A stretch of 63,390 bases of DNA, the filler included, from Perkinsus olseni (Eukaryota), in the NCBI GenBank assembly GCA_013115125.1. It is 2 parts of 2 records of this genome, joined end to end, with 100 filler letters (N's around TTAATTAATTAA, not from the genome) between each part and the next. Parts side by side here need not be neighbours in the genome. Positions count along the whole stretch, not along the records: positions 1 to 31,727 come from JABANN010000411.1; 1 more part is not named here. One strand, given 5' to 3'. The position numbers and the translations under genes were made by a program. Positions 1 through 12,800 of the stretch are shown here, piece after piece; within the stretch, counting starts at the first letter, position 1, and every line of letters begins with the position of its first letter. The notes beneath the pieces are model-generated. The model was given only the letters and a program-made list of their open reading frames with translations, was not told where the DNA came from and searched no databases.

Positions 1-1044
1 TACAGCTAATGTAGAATGCTGAAGAATCATAAGGTAACAAGTTGGTACCATACTAAGTCCGCGTACAGCAACATTTGGAGATGCACTGGGACCCAGTGAC
101 TGGGTCAACGCAGTTACCGGGTGACCGCGTAGTGGTAACCACGGAAACCGCGAAAGGGTAAACTCATTTGCCACTTCGCGAAGTACCACGGTCGTATTAC
201 CACTAGCACATGAAGCGTTCCCGGCGTAACCACAGGACGGTTAACGCGGTAAACCATGGTTACCGCGAAATGCGCCAAGGTTTTCGCGATAGCCGTACCA
301 GTGCGGGTCTTCGCTCCGTAATACACACACATTCAGAGGGCCGTTGACTTATGCAATGCGCCACTCGGGTACTCGTCCTCTCGCAATCACTCTGGACACT
401 CGCCACGGCTAGCCTTGGCAACAGCTTGCCACAGAACTCGTCTGATGTGGCCCGGCCACAGTGGCCGTGAAATCGCGAATTTAGACGTTCTCGCTACGAC
501 GGGATGGGTATAATATGCCCATCCCGGCATATTAGCATATGCCGGCATATGCGTGAGTTTATACTTCAGCGCTTACGGTTCCGGTTTAGTTAGGCTCTTG
601 CCGATGTGCTCAGTTCGAGACTCTCTGTGGGGTTGACATGCGGCATGCCCGTGAAGACTGCCCTGTGGTTTGAGTCCACGTTCGAGTGGGTGCGAGACAA
701 TTACATGATGAATTCAAGAAAAACGCGTGATGTGGTATGACATCGTGATGGCCATCGCGAAATTAAAAACGCGGCAAGGATTTTTCTGCGCTTCTCTGCT
801 GTTTCTGCGGTTTTCGCAAAGTAGAATGCGGTGAGCGGCTTTCACTTGCGGTTACCACACCGCGGGTGCATCTCCATTGTTTTCCCATTCTTCATTTTTC
901 GGGACATTTTTTTCGAAAATTTCCACCATCGGACGCTCGGAATTGCTCGCCTCGTTTCCAATGGAAACTTTCCATTACCTCGTTCTCCTTCGTGCACTTT
1001 CGAGCCTCGTCAGTAAAGGTTCTCGGATACTACGATATCAGAGA

Positions 1045-1071
1045 CAGAGAGATCAGTAACTGATCTCTCTG
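1045..1071. repeat. perfect inverted repeat, 13-bp arms, 1-nt loop
   Basis: cagagagatcagt-a-actgatctctctg. Confidence 0.9.
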
Positions 1072-1082
1072 CCCCTATTATC

Positions 1083-1420
1083 GTCTGACTTCTCCTAGCG
1101 TCAAGCTAGCATAATCGCCCCACCATTTGTTGCTACGGCAATTGTTGGCGTCACCATAGTTGTTTTGCATCCACTGGAATATCTGCTCTATCATCAAGTC
1201 CATCAGCGGGGGACTGTCGTACACTTTGACTGCAGAGACTCTCAAAGCGTTTCAACTCTGCCGTATATCCACACCTCATGCAGTTTCCATGCATTTGGTT
1301 AGCAAATTTGGTATCGCGTTGCGTCCCGCATCCCGTGGCGCGTTTGTCCCATCAAGTGTTGATGCGCTGAGGGCCTAGGGTTAGAGTTTCTGCAAAGTAG
1401 GGAGCCTGCCGCTAGGGCTC
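1083..1420 (+). repeat. ~330-bp dispersed repeat, copy 1 (others at ~2587-2890 and ~7780-8110)
   Basis: Collinear shared blocks: ctgac.tc.cct.gcg, ttgctacgg..attgttg.cg, tcaagtgttga.g, gttag.gtttc. Confidence 0.75.
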
Positions 1421-2539
1421 TCCTTTAGAGCAAAGGAAAGATGGGACATGGGGAGAACGGGTACATCAAACAGGTCAAAGTGCTGCCAAACTCGCGTAAC
1501 CGCTGGGTGGGCAACTAGATGATGTCGAACTTTCTCATACATGTAGCGTGATACAAATTACCGCCGCCAACACTCGTGTTCCCCACTGCTTGAAAAAAAA
1601 AGCACTTCAAAGTGTGGTCGCCGACCACACTACATCGCCGGGACCCACTGGTCGGTGTACTTGATGTACACCACGGTAGGCGGTTTGCCAGGAAGATGTA
1701 CGAAGATAGCGGCTTCAGGGAGTTGCAAGGTGAACGATGTTCCTTGGTTATTGGAGTTAGGTAGTTCTCGTGTCTTGCGCGGAGAGGTTTTTGACACCAC
1801 ACGAGTGGAAATCTCGTAGTCGTTCACCGCCTCTTGAAGGGGTAGTACCTATTAGGTACCAGTCGCACGCTCTTCTACTATCGCTATATACGGCACTTTC
1901 TTAGTCGTTTCATTCGACGTCAACCACAGATCGAGGCTCGAGAACCTCTCAGCTGTAGCACGGACATCTTCCATTTTATCGTGTGCTGGCCCAAGACGTA
2001 GCGACCGCAGCAGCTCTGAGCCCTTCGCAGATGTGGTATGGCTCCGCGGGCGTTCGATAGGGATACTGTGCACATTGTGGTTCCGAGTCGAGAGGTTGCT
2101 GTATCATAGCGGTGAACCTGGGTGTACGATCTGGGACGTCATTGACGTCACGTCAAGTTGACGTCGTCAACACCGTCAACACCCGTAGACTTTAAGTCTG
2201 TGAAGGACTCGCGCGGTGAGAAAGATTCCGGCCGGAAGTTCGGATGCGAACGTCTGCCGACAGCGGCGACGACTCTGCGGTTCGGAGTCTGCGGAACTGG
2301 AGGAAACCCTTGGCATGGATTTGCTGAACCAATCCATCGCCTCTGGCCCCATGACGGCGACCCCTGCAGCAAGCCACCTGCTCCCAACTCGGCAGTCCCA
2401 AGGACTGGAGGACGGCTTCTACGTGATTCTTCCCAAAGTCACCGCTCCAATCTTAAAATTACGAGACTAAAGAAATGGAACAGCCGGAAATTATAAGCAG
2501 GCAACCTGAGGCACTCCAGTACCATGCGCCATCAAGCCA

Positions 2540-2591
2540 GTCGTACGTGACATGTCACGTACGACATGTCAGGACTGTCGACAGTCCTGAC
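2540..2591. repeat. two back-to-back perfect palindromes (26 bp and 24 bp)
   Basis: gtcgtacgtgacatgtcacgtacgac (2540-2565) and gtcaggactgtcgacagtcctgac (2568-2591) each equal their own reverse complement. Confidence 0.95.
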
Positions 2592-3830
2592 GTCACCTAG
2601 CGTCACGTTCCATCATCAATTGCTACGGTAATTGTTGACGTCGTTTGAGTTGCTCCGCCCCAATTAAGATTGAGATTTGCTTTATCGCCAAGTTGATCAC
2701 CTGGAATGTAGCATGCTTGGTGAGTCTCAAAGTGTCTTATTTCTGCCATATATCTACACCGCATGAAGTCTTCCTGCATGCGGTGACGCATCGCGTCCCG
2801 CATTCGGCGGCGTGACTGTCCCCTCAAGTGTTGATGACCTGGCGCCCTATGGTTAGGGTTTCGGTATGGTGCGATGCCTGTCACTAGGCCTCGCTTCCAT
2901 TCGGGCGTGGTAGTACCACGGTGGTACTGCGCTTGACGCGCACTAAGGCAACAACTGAGAGAGCTGGGAAGTGGTGAAAGAGGTCACCCCTGTCTCCCGG
3001 AGACAGTCATCACACCGAAAGGCAGTCCGACAGGCGCTGTCTACGGATTCGTTCGTAGCTCGGTGTCACCAAACAACCGAGAAGCCTTCGGTTTCATTGG
3101 CATCAAGCACAGAGTTGGTCACCAAGCTCAAGCTACTCGTATCGACATGAAGTACCTCTTTGCTGTAGTGATCCTGTCCATGAGTTGTATTGACATTGCT
3201 GCTGTGGACCGTGACTTTGTAGCCGGTGGGGCGGACGATTTGACCACTGACATCGTGCAGCATGATGTTGATACTAGATATCGCTATCGGTCGGTCTATG
3301 GTGATAACTCCGTTATTGCAGCTGACATGGATGGTCGTATGTTGAGGGATGACGCTCTTTGTGACAATTGCCTTTCTTGCATACGTTCAAAAGTTGGGAT
3401 GGTCCTCACCAACTGCCTAATTATATTTGGCATTTGTGGTGGCACCGACAACTGTTTCGACTGCTGCGCATATTAAGCCGCTCGTCGCGTGATGGTCGCC
3501 TAACTTTAATCGCGGATTCAGAGCCTGCTGATCATATGAGTCTATTATACTGCTCCGATCGAATTTTATTGTCCGATTTCCTAAGCTATTTTGCCCGCGC
3601 CTCCGCTCACGTTACACACGTACAGTGTGCAGCGTACTCGTCGGGACCTCTTTTATTTAATCATATTGTGCTGAGTTATAGTCAATATGACTTCACTGTG
3701 CAGTGGTTGGAGAAACGTATTCTTCTCAATGTCTGATTGTCTTCTTTGAACGCTTGCAATCGGACTCGGTATTCGGTGAAATTGGACATACTATCGGCGA
3801 AATTGATCTCCACACTTCATCAAGGTTGTA
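2587..3830 (+). repeat. segmental duplication unit, homologous to ~7780-9670
   Basis: Collinear matches across the upstream repeat, agagctgggaag..gt.aaagagg, the peptide CDS, the 3' flank (cggattc.gagcctgctg.tcatatgagtct) and ttcggtgaaattg.acatactatcggcgaaa. Confidence 0.8.
3147..3476 (+). CDS. secreted cysteine-rich pre-pro-peptide, 109 aa, intact copy
   Basis: Signal-like N-terminus MKYLFAVVILSMSCIDIAA, Asp-rich spacer and C-terminal Cx2Cx2Cx11Cx6Cx5Cx2CC module; all 8 Cys are conserved in the paralog at 8369-8852. Confidence 0.8.
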   Translation: MKYLFAVVILSMSCIDIAAVDRDFVAGGADDLTTDIVQHDVDTRYRYRSVYGDNSVIAADMDGRMLRDDALCDNCLSCIRSKVGMVLTNCLIIFGICGGTDNCFDCCAY

Positions 3831-4879
3831 CTCATTTCCGGTGCGCCCGGAATAGAATAATCGTGAAGCCGCAATTCTTGTCAAAATTGATCTCACCATG
3901 TTCTCCGGTGTCAAACTTGATTTCACTAAGGGGCCCAGCGAAGTCGATCTCGCCAAGTTGCATAATAAAGCAACAGACTACCATGGAAAGCTGCTTTCGG
4001 AAGTTTTTTCTCGTTTTTTTCTTGCTTTTTTTTCTTGCTTTTTTTTCTTGCTGTCGGAAGTTTGCTTTCGGAAATCATCGAGAGATGGCGCCGATTCTGC
4101 CTGCTCACACAAGCCATTGCAACGTTGGTAAGTTCAACCGTAGGTTACTTACGCGACATAAATGACACGTGACACATAATAAATACGTGACATTTGCGTG
4201 ACATATTTGCGTCTATCCGCGGGTCTTTTCGGAGCGTATGTGTGCTCACCAGTAAGTGTCTCTTCTTCGGTTCAGAGATGGGATCCGGATATAGGGGCCG
4301 TTCTACCACGGGAACGAGAAAAAATGCACAAGGGAAGAATCCTCACTTGACACCAGAACGAGCTGAATGTTCTTGTCGAGTTTCGAGCGCGCCACTTGGA
4401 TTGATGGATAGTCTAGTATAGTGAACTATTGGGAAAAGATTTCAGCAAAGACACGTCAAGGCGGACCATAATCGAATGGCCGCGATGCTCTTCCGAAGAA
4501 ATCCTCGAGTCTTTCACTTCCTCCCGCCGGGGGCTCAGCAGTCCGCTCAAAGCGGGCTCGACCAGGGGCCGACGACTCCTCGCAATGCCACCACGGTGAT
4601 GGCATTACCGTCATGGCGATTCTCATGTAGGATATCCCTGAAAGATATGTGTGCCGGAAAGCTCGAGACAAGCTGTCTCGGACAACAGTCCCGCATGGAA
4701 TTACAGTGAATATATGCGGGACTGTTGTCAAGTAATTAAAGGTTACTTTGGTCGCTCTAGTAATCAAGTAAATGTGTACAGTAACTGAATTACTGCTCAG
4801 GGTCTGACGGTCAGACTCTGACCGTGAGAGTCAATCTTTGAGAGACCGTTCCGGCAGAAATATGTACTCACAGGCGTTT

Positions 4880-4921
4880 GCTTGCGGAAACTGTGGTAAC
4901 TGCGATAACTGCGGTAACTGT
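4880..4921 (+). repeat. degenerate 9-bp tandem repeat (tgcggtaac)
   Basis: tgcggaaac tgtggtaac tgcgataac tgcggtaac tg. Confidence 0.7.
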
Positions 4922-6357
4922 GACGGGGACCCCGTCACCCCGTGACGGTCACGGGGTAACGGACCCACATGTTTGGGTCCCACTATGGGACTCCCATACA
5001 AGCCTATGGACCCGAGGCTAAGGTTGATAGGTTCTGAGTCTAACAGCTTTCTAAGCAACATATTTGATGGGTCATCAATGACGACGGCATCATCATCAGG
5101 ATCAACATGATGCACTGGTGCATGAATTGAATGGTTTGATCAGCCGACTTGATTTACAAGTGTTGACATTTTCCACCGTTTTTCGCTGACTTGAAACCTT
5201 CAGTCCTGCCTCCATTACTTGGAAAGACGTGACCAGAAAGACGCAATTCGTGAGGTGGTGGTCGTGGTCCTTGTACCGGCCGCCAAGATGGGGTAAACCC
5301 GGTATGAGTGAGAGATGAGTCATCCCTCACGGTGGGAGACCCACCCTGACTCGCATAGGTACACATGACGAGGTCACGTAGCTGGCCATTCCTTGCGCTC
5401 CTTGATTCCCGGCCGGAATTTCCGGCATGACCGAGCCAATCCTATCCTATTACGGGCACACATGAAGAAACGAACAAGTATAGAGGACCACGTAATTGGT
5501 GGATGAGCGATCGACCCAGCCCTCCACACCCTGGTCCAGGGTCCCTGGATGTGGAGGTAGGAACTCTCTCGATTCGAGTGATGTGAAGGCACTGCCTTCG
5601 GAATGTAGATAGCCATTGTGAGGCAGCCTCAGGAGCTTCTCCCTGCTCCCTGTGAGGCCCGTTCGCCGTGTTCCGGGAACACGGCGTGGCTTCCGTATGC
5701 TGGAATGACTTTCAAACAAGGCGGATACTATGGAAAACGGAGTGAGACGCGGACACTGATAGAACGCAAGACGCATGCATTTCCTCGGTGAACGACCGTG
5801 TGGTCGTCACGGTGATCTACTGACATTCAATGACCTGGACTGACTGTGCTTGTACGAGCTATCCTTGACTGCTAAATAGCTCGCAAGTGAAGGGCTGAGC
5901 CTGCAAATATCCTAGACGACGAATAACAAATGATGTAGGGAGGTGAACAGGTCCACCGGTAAGAAATGGGCAATCCTCATAAGGGACTCCTAGAGAGTAC
6001 CACCCCAGAGGACTAACCTCATGTGAAATACGGTGATTATATTACACGCGGCTGCTGCAACACACATGGCTCTCCACCCCTATACGAACCAGGGATAGCA
6101 GTGCCACGTTGAGATCGGTACGAACCTTAAACCATGAAAGTGATAGGTACCGTTCTCAATCCCACTTGTACCGAGCACAGACGAGTGCGGCAATCTCTCA
6201 GATTAGGTAGAGTTGTTGACAAGAGTGAGAGCCAGGTGCCGGCGCTTCCATGACCGCTGGACGATACAAATTACGCCAAATATACGATATACCGGATAAT
6301 TACCATGAAGATACTGCCTGCCTCTATATATTGACCATTAAAGTTTCCAGCATGAAA

Positions 6358-7125
6358 TCAACAAAAACCAAGTCTACAGTGCGGCCCTGAGGCAGCTACT
6401 ACACCAGCCAGTCTACTATATAGGATTCCGCCAGACGCGAAGATCACAGCTTCAAGGTCATCTGGATCAGCCCTAAAGCCAAAGCAAGTATGCTCTAATC
6501 CACGAAGGAAGCGTTCAAGTCTCTCCGCCGGATTTACCGAGTACAAGACGAAAGGAGTCGTGGGAGAGGGAAGGGGAATCTCATGCTTCTCGAGACGGAA
6601 AAATCCCCTAACTGTTTTACCCCGGCCACAACCAACGCGTATAATCACTTCCCCAGCAGCTGCAACGAAGAAAGACAACTGGAGATGGGCACCATACTTG
6701 AACGCACGATAGTTGTACACGGCAGGAACCAGACGCTGGGTCTCTATCACGAACCGAAGTTCTTGCCCTTGAAAAGTAGCGTTAAAACTTTCGAAACCTT
6801 CGTAATCCAGGGTCACCAAGTCACCGCGCTGGATATCAGCTTTGGGCAAGCGGCGGCGGATGGCGTTATACCAACGTCGAGCTTCGAAGGGTCTGAATCT
6901 GAAGTCAACGGTGTACCGAGAAGGACCTCCTCGGAGAGGGAGTTCCGAGCTGCGGAAAGGATGCCCGCCAGGCACCGTGAAAGTGAACATGACCCTATTT
7001 TCCCTGTTCACATCATACACGATACAGAAATCCCCTGCATCGTGGATATATCGGCCGACGAATTGGCTCGTCGTGGTTGTCAGAAATAGACTGATTAGCA
7101 GCCAGGTCAAAAAGGAGAAAGTCAT
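6358..7125 (-). CDS. intronless secreted hypothetical protein of a lineage-specific family
   Basis: 255-aa ORF from ATG with signal peptide MTFSFLTWLLISLFLTTTTS; two loosely repeated halves ending in DL..(L/V).(Y/F); similar layout to 37438-38334. Confidence 0.8.
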   Translation of the reverse strand: MTFSFLTWLLISLFLTTTTSQFVGRYIHDAGDFCIVYDVNRENRVMFTFTVPGGHPFRSSELPLRGGPSRYTVDFRFRPFEARRWYNAIRRRLPKADIQRGDLVTLDYEGFESFNATFQGQELRFVIETQRLVPAVYNYRAFKYGAHLQLSFFVAAAGEVIIRVGCGRGKTVRGFFRLEKHEIPLPSPTTPFVLYSVNPAERLERFLRGLEHTCFGFRADPDDLEAVIFASGGILYSRLAGVVAASGPHCRLGFC

Positions 7126-8368
7126 GATTGAAAGAGTGGGTTCGGTTCTACGAAATAAGCTGAAGGTACAATGGGCTGCTATCAGAGGCATATTGCGTTC
7201 ATGTTGAACGGCTCAATAACCCGCTGCAGTGCAGCGGATGCCACTGCGCTACGAGAGCGAGAGAAAACCAGCTGTGAATGAGTAAAATGCTGCGGGGGAT
7301 GAGACGGAACATAGGTAGCAGGTGCAATGTACTGTAGCTCACCCCGCAGGCAGACTGTGTGGTGATGAATGCACGCGTCACGATCGGGTCGACCGCGTGG
7401 AGCATTGCAGCGCTCCTCGTGGAGCGCGGTCCGGCGTATGCCAAGGTTGGGGCTCAGAGCTTTTGATTGCCGCCCGCTAGAAGTCGTAGCCCTCGCTTTT
7501 ACGACCAAAGCCCACATATGAAATAGTCGTAGTCGGCACGAGGTTTAACGAGCGAACGTGCGTCTGCGCGCTAGTGTACGGATACACAAGTTGAGGAACT
7601 AGGATCCTTCCAACACCTTTATCTTGTGGTGAACAGCGAATACGAAAAAATGGTGGACGAAAGGAGCAAATTCTTGTCTGAAGAAAAAACTCGAGAATAG
7701 AATAGTGACGAATAGTGGATCAAACACTTTAACACCGAGCATACCCTGGGTCGAACGCTCACGGACGAAGCGCGGTACACCTGACGTCTCCTGGCGCCAA
7801 GCTCCTCCATTAGTTGCTACGGCGATTGTTGACGCCACTAGACGTCAACTGTCGATTCGTCGTCATCCGCTTTGCCTCCAGTGTTTACTGTATTATCGAG
7901 TTTATCACCTGGGACTGCTGTATACTTTGACGGCAGTGAGCCTCGTAGTATCATATTCCTCACATTATCCACACCGTATGAGGTTTTTTGCATTTGGCGG
8001 CGCAGCGGGTCCCTCATTTCGAGGCACACCTGCACGCTCAAGTGTTGAGGACCCGTGGGCCTAGTGTTAGGGTTTCTGAGTGAGGTAGAATGCCTAACAG
8101 TAGGGCGCCCTTTCATTTGGGCCAGGTACTGCACTTCATGTGCTCTCAACTTGCGAGTCTCAAGTAACATAGAGCTGGGAAGGGGTTAAAGAGGCCACAC
8201 CTGTCTCCTGGAGACAGTCAGGACTCGGAAAGTAGTCAGCCGATGTCTACGGCCCGTAGACTGGGGGCACGTTCAAAGATCGATAGAATCTTGAACAGCC
8301 GAGAAGCCTTCGGTTTCATCAGCATCAAGCACAGCGTTGGTCGCCAAGCTCAAACTACTTTTAGAGAC

Positions 8369-8852
8369 ATGAAGTACTTCTTTGCTGTGATGATCCTGGC
8401 CATTGGTTGCATAGACATTGCTGCTGTAGATCGCGACTTTGTAGTCGGCGGTACGGAAGATTTGAACGCTGACATCGCGCAGATGTTGTATTCTTCTTAC
8501 TCATACGTGGAACACAAGGCCAAAGGGAGCTTGTGAGATGGATCTTATGAAAGAGCTATTGCCCAGACTACTCTGCACGCATAAACATAGACGGAGCGTA
8601 ACAGAGTGATGTTGATGGGAGAAACGGCTACCAGTCGATCTATGGTGATGACTCCGTTTAACCGAGTCAGCTGCGATAACGGAGTCCGTTATCGCAGCTG
8701 ACGTGGATGGTCGTCTGTTGAGGGATGACGCTCTTTGTAACAATTGCCTGTCTTGCTGGCGTTCAAGAATTGGGATGGTCCTCAGCCCTTGTTTGATTAT
8801 GGTTGCCGAATGTGGTGGCCGAAAGGACTGTTTCAGCTGCTGCGCATTTTAG
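8369..8852 (+). pseudogene. second copy of the Cys-rich pre-pro-peptide, interrupted by two insertions that might be spliceable
   Basis: MKYFFAVMILAIGCIDIAAVDRDFVVGG...; ~120-bp insert at 8485-8606; fold-back insert giving TAA; intact tail SVIAADVDGRLLRDDALCNNCLSCWRSRIGMVLSPCLIMVAECGGRKDCFSCCAF*. Confidence 0.75.
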
Positions 8853-9619
8853 TCGCTTCTCACGTGATGGTTGCCGTTATCACGGATTCGGAGCCTGCTG
8901 GTCATATGAGTCTCACTATTATACTTTCCGATCGAATTTTGTTTCCGATTTCTCATACTATTTTGTTGCGACTACGCTCAAGTTTTACACGTACAGTGTG
9001 CATGATGCACAGTGCACCGTGCTCCGCCGGGATCACTTTCATTTAATCCTGTTGTGCCGAGCTATAGTGCAGTAGTTGCAGCAACTTCTTTTTGTGGTAG
9101 CAATCCTACGCCAGGGGGATCGAGGTGAGCGAAATTGCCACGCAGAGTTACTGGGAGAACAACGGGAATTGGGCGCAATCAAAAGGGGGACTGAGAAGGC
9201 AGTACCCCAATGATATTTGAAGCTAGAGCTAGCAGGATGTTAGCGAAGAGAAAAACAACCATAGTGCCGCCAAGATAATGATTGTTGTGATGGTGGCGGA
9301 CGCGAGCTCGACTCAGTCCTCCGCTCCCTGGATGTTGAGGTACAGGGCTATTAATTTAGATATTGCTGAATACTGTAGACCAGACCGGGTAGGAGTCACT
9401 GACTCCGACTCAGGCAGGCAGTTCTCTAGTATTCGACTTAACAGTGGTGGAAAATCAACTACCGCCAGACTATGCGGCCCAGTTAATAGCTCTGACACTG
9501 ACGAATAGTGAATCAGATCACAGCACGGCCACAAACTGTTCACGTTCCAAACCTCTGCATCATGGGAATTTCGGTACCTAGTTGGCTTCTATAAACATCG
9601 ATTACTCAACACCCGGAAC

Positions 9620-9830
9620 CGAACTCAGTCTTCGGTGAAATTGAACATACTATCGGCGAAAGCTTCAACTTCGACGAAGTGTGGGAATCAGCTTCGCCGC
9701 GAAGTCGAGGAGTCGGGTTGCAATTTGAACTATGTGACCTTCGCCAGAGAGGACACGCTGTACGTTTCTTTCGAAGGGAAGATGATGGCCCTGTTGAGCG
9801 AGGGAAAGCCGCTTCCACCTCGTGAATCAT
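9620..9830 (+). pseudogene. frameshifted relic resembling the C-terminus of the secreted family at 6358/37438
   Basis: NLNYVTFAREDTLYVSFEG resembles DLEAVIFASGGILYSRLAG and DFVTVGFATSELLYAFG; no start found. Confidence 0.35.
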
Positions 9831-12800
9831 GCTGCTCAGAACACGACGTACGTATGACAGTCATACTACGCACAACCCTCCAATCGTTGTAGAATTTTTG
9901 TACGGTAAAAAGTGTCGTACCTGTGCCGGTACCTGTAGTGTCGTTCTGTGGATCATAGCACAGGGTCCTTTCGTAAGCAGACGAATAGATAACGTGGATG
10001 GCAGAACTAGTCCATCGTACTTTACTAATTGTTTCGCAGGTCTGTTCGCTCTTTGCGCTCGTGAAAGCCTGTCTCAGACTCGGTTCGGGACTCTGAGTCC
10101 GGAACGCAGCTATCGTCAAAGAGAACCCTGTTGAACATGTCCGACCGCTAGATATCCGCGTTTTCGGATGACGACAGTATCATGAAGTACTTCGCAGAAT
10201 GCATTCTATGTTGATCGATACGTACTGAAGTGCACTGAACGATGATAGGGCACCAATTATAGCTGATCCCCCTCGTTTGTCATTGAAACGTCCAGTCTAG
10301 TCGGAGCAGCATGGCAGCTCACTAGGCTACTGAGAGTAGCCTACTGTGCTGAGGGTGATGTCAGGTAGGTCTCAATGACCTCATAGGCCTCCTGAAGAAT
10401 AGGAACTTACCGCCCTAGAATGGCGCTCGGCCTCAGAGGTTCGCTTCGTAACTTGGCATCGTGACTCACGATTCGTGAGGCCTCCATGCGGTACCGTAAG
10501 AGATCCTTCGACATGAAGGGGCGGTCTTCGTGGCACATCCGTCTTAGGGACGGCGTCCCTACGTGTTTAGTTCTCGCACCTGGAATCACGAGCCGAAAGG
10601 GGCTCCGACTCGACCTGTACCTGCGAAGGCACTCCAAAGCAAGCCAACGACACGATCGGTTTTCCGAACTACCGACTTGGCTGCTAGCGGCCTGCTGGTA
10701 AGCTCTATCTACCGACGCCTCCGGGATGGTCTTTGTAGAGGGCAACACAACAGTCATGAGTGGGACAACTTCATCATCGCGCAAGGCGAAGGCGATTCTC
10801 ATGGTTCTACACCAAGAGGCTGCCGACCATCTTGGGCGTCCGATAGGGCTCACTGAATGATAGTGTACGGCTGATGGGGAGACTACTTAGACCGGGGAGG
10901 TTACCGAAGTAAGAGTGTGGTGGAGCTGAATTGGCGTGTACCTGACCAGCTTCAGTATATCTTCCCACAACGCTCAATAGTCTCACTTGCGCCCTCTGTC
11001 CAACCACCCTCCGTGGGGTCGATGAGAAAGGGAATATAAGGCTTCCGGACGGTCGTAGCCGCGCTGGGGTCGCAAAAGACGTCCGCTGGGGACTAATCCG
11101 AGGAGCCGACATCGATCGGGACCGCAGGGGCAAGGGTACAGACTCGCTAGCCTATGATGGAAAGCATCGAGCTTACTGGAGCCGGCCACGACGATTCCCT
11201 CACTTCCTGTTGTACTGTCCCCCTTTGGGGCTGGTCCCCGACCATTTCGACCTCAGACCTCTTTGGGGAGGAGGCACGACCCCTAACCGCCCTCTTCCGA
11301 CCTACAGTAGCAGCAGAAGGGATATATTCGGTCCTCGCCGGACTGCCTACCGTTCCCGGCGGGAGGCATCCCAAGGTTCGGAGGAGTCCTCGCCGGCCGT
11401 GGTGGTGATATATTCCTTCGGGGCTCCGATCTCAATAGGGACGTAGCCGGGGAGAACCTCAGAGCGTGACTGGAATCTTCTGTCCATCCTGAGGCGGATC
11501 CTTGATATCCACGCCGACCGGCCCTCCTCGTTACGGTGTAACTTTGGTGGGCTCGATTGGCCGTTGGTCCCCAAGGGGCTCGCATTGTGTCTATCGAGCG
11601 GAGCGGAGGAGGCCGGTATCTGATCCTTCGGGAAAACAAAGGGTGTCTCTCTCACTGTGAGCGCATGATTACCAATTGGTGTTCATCTCGTTCGCGTCGA
11701 TCCTTGTCCTCCAAGGTACTGAAGGATAGGGGCTCCCTGAGCTTATCGGATATCCTGAGGTTGATCCATGCAACCCGTGGGGTAGGTTATGGAGGATATT
11801 GTCTCTGTTTTATGCTACCGACACGACTGCAACCGCTGAATTACCTCTTGACTGAGCACACGCTGTTGTCATTCATCGCTCCAAGATAGGCCGCCATTGG
11901 CGGCCCTCGGTTATACGTGGTAGGCGGCTCGTACGACATTTAGGTTCAGCAAAACTAGCCTCCACGCCAGTAGCAATGACGCGGATGGCTGCGGCCCTTC
12001 CTGCCAACTGAACTATCCCCCGCCACATCTTGCTATGCTGGACCGCACAGTTTCGTCCTCAGGAATGCAAAAGAAGCACGTCGCTGTGGACAATCACTTC
12101 CGGACCCTTGCATTCCCTCTCGATTAGTATCTCAGGCTGGCTCTTGGAACCCGGACATTTTCTATACTTATTTCGACCTGATCCGCTTGCCAGTGCGAGG
12201 ACCCTCTCCATCCGCCTTCCATGCCGTTGAATTTCACGGGCAGTTCTGCCCTCCTCTCCCACACCGCTCGCAAAATAACACACCAAAGGCTGTTCGAGGG
12301 GTACTAGAACCTTAAGATCGAACCCCTCGGAAAAAAATGGCTGGGAATCTGGCCTGGGCGAAGTGAAAGCGCAACCTTGACGATTGCTGCTCTCTTTTAT
12401 CGTAGAGACTTTAAGCACAGTACAACGTGGATAGTTGCCGCGGTCGTAGGTTACCGCGTTCCGCAGATACTCAACGCGAAGTCGCCACTAACATCATTCA
12501 CAAGCACGAACAACAATCTAACTTACGTTCTGTAAGCGACTGGAGTGGGACGATTCCCCTTATCCGACAATTACACGACTAACGGTATTAAATGCCGTGA
12601 ATGGTAGCGAATTTTGCAAACGACGTCTGAAAAGAAAATTCACATGGGTAGCTCGATCTGTTTACCTCAACCGTCCACTCAATAACTTCCACCCACCTTC
12701 CCGGGAGCAGGAAAACACAGAAAAGGGACAGGGAAAGGAGCGAAATCGCGTGATAGCATCTCGCGACGCTTTTAACACAAAGTAAATAGGCGCGTGTTCA

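Noticed and set aside
3737-4165. ORF with an apparent Phe-rich TM segment
   Set aside because: Produced by a T-rich low-complexity tract at ~4004-4050
10400-11900. GC-rich stretch with many short ORFs, possible retroelement relic
   Set aside because: No RT, integrase, protease or gag motif and no LTR/TIR recognisable
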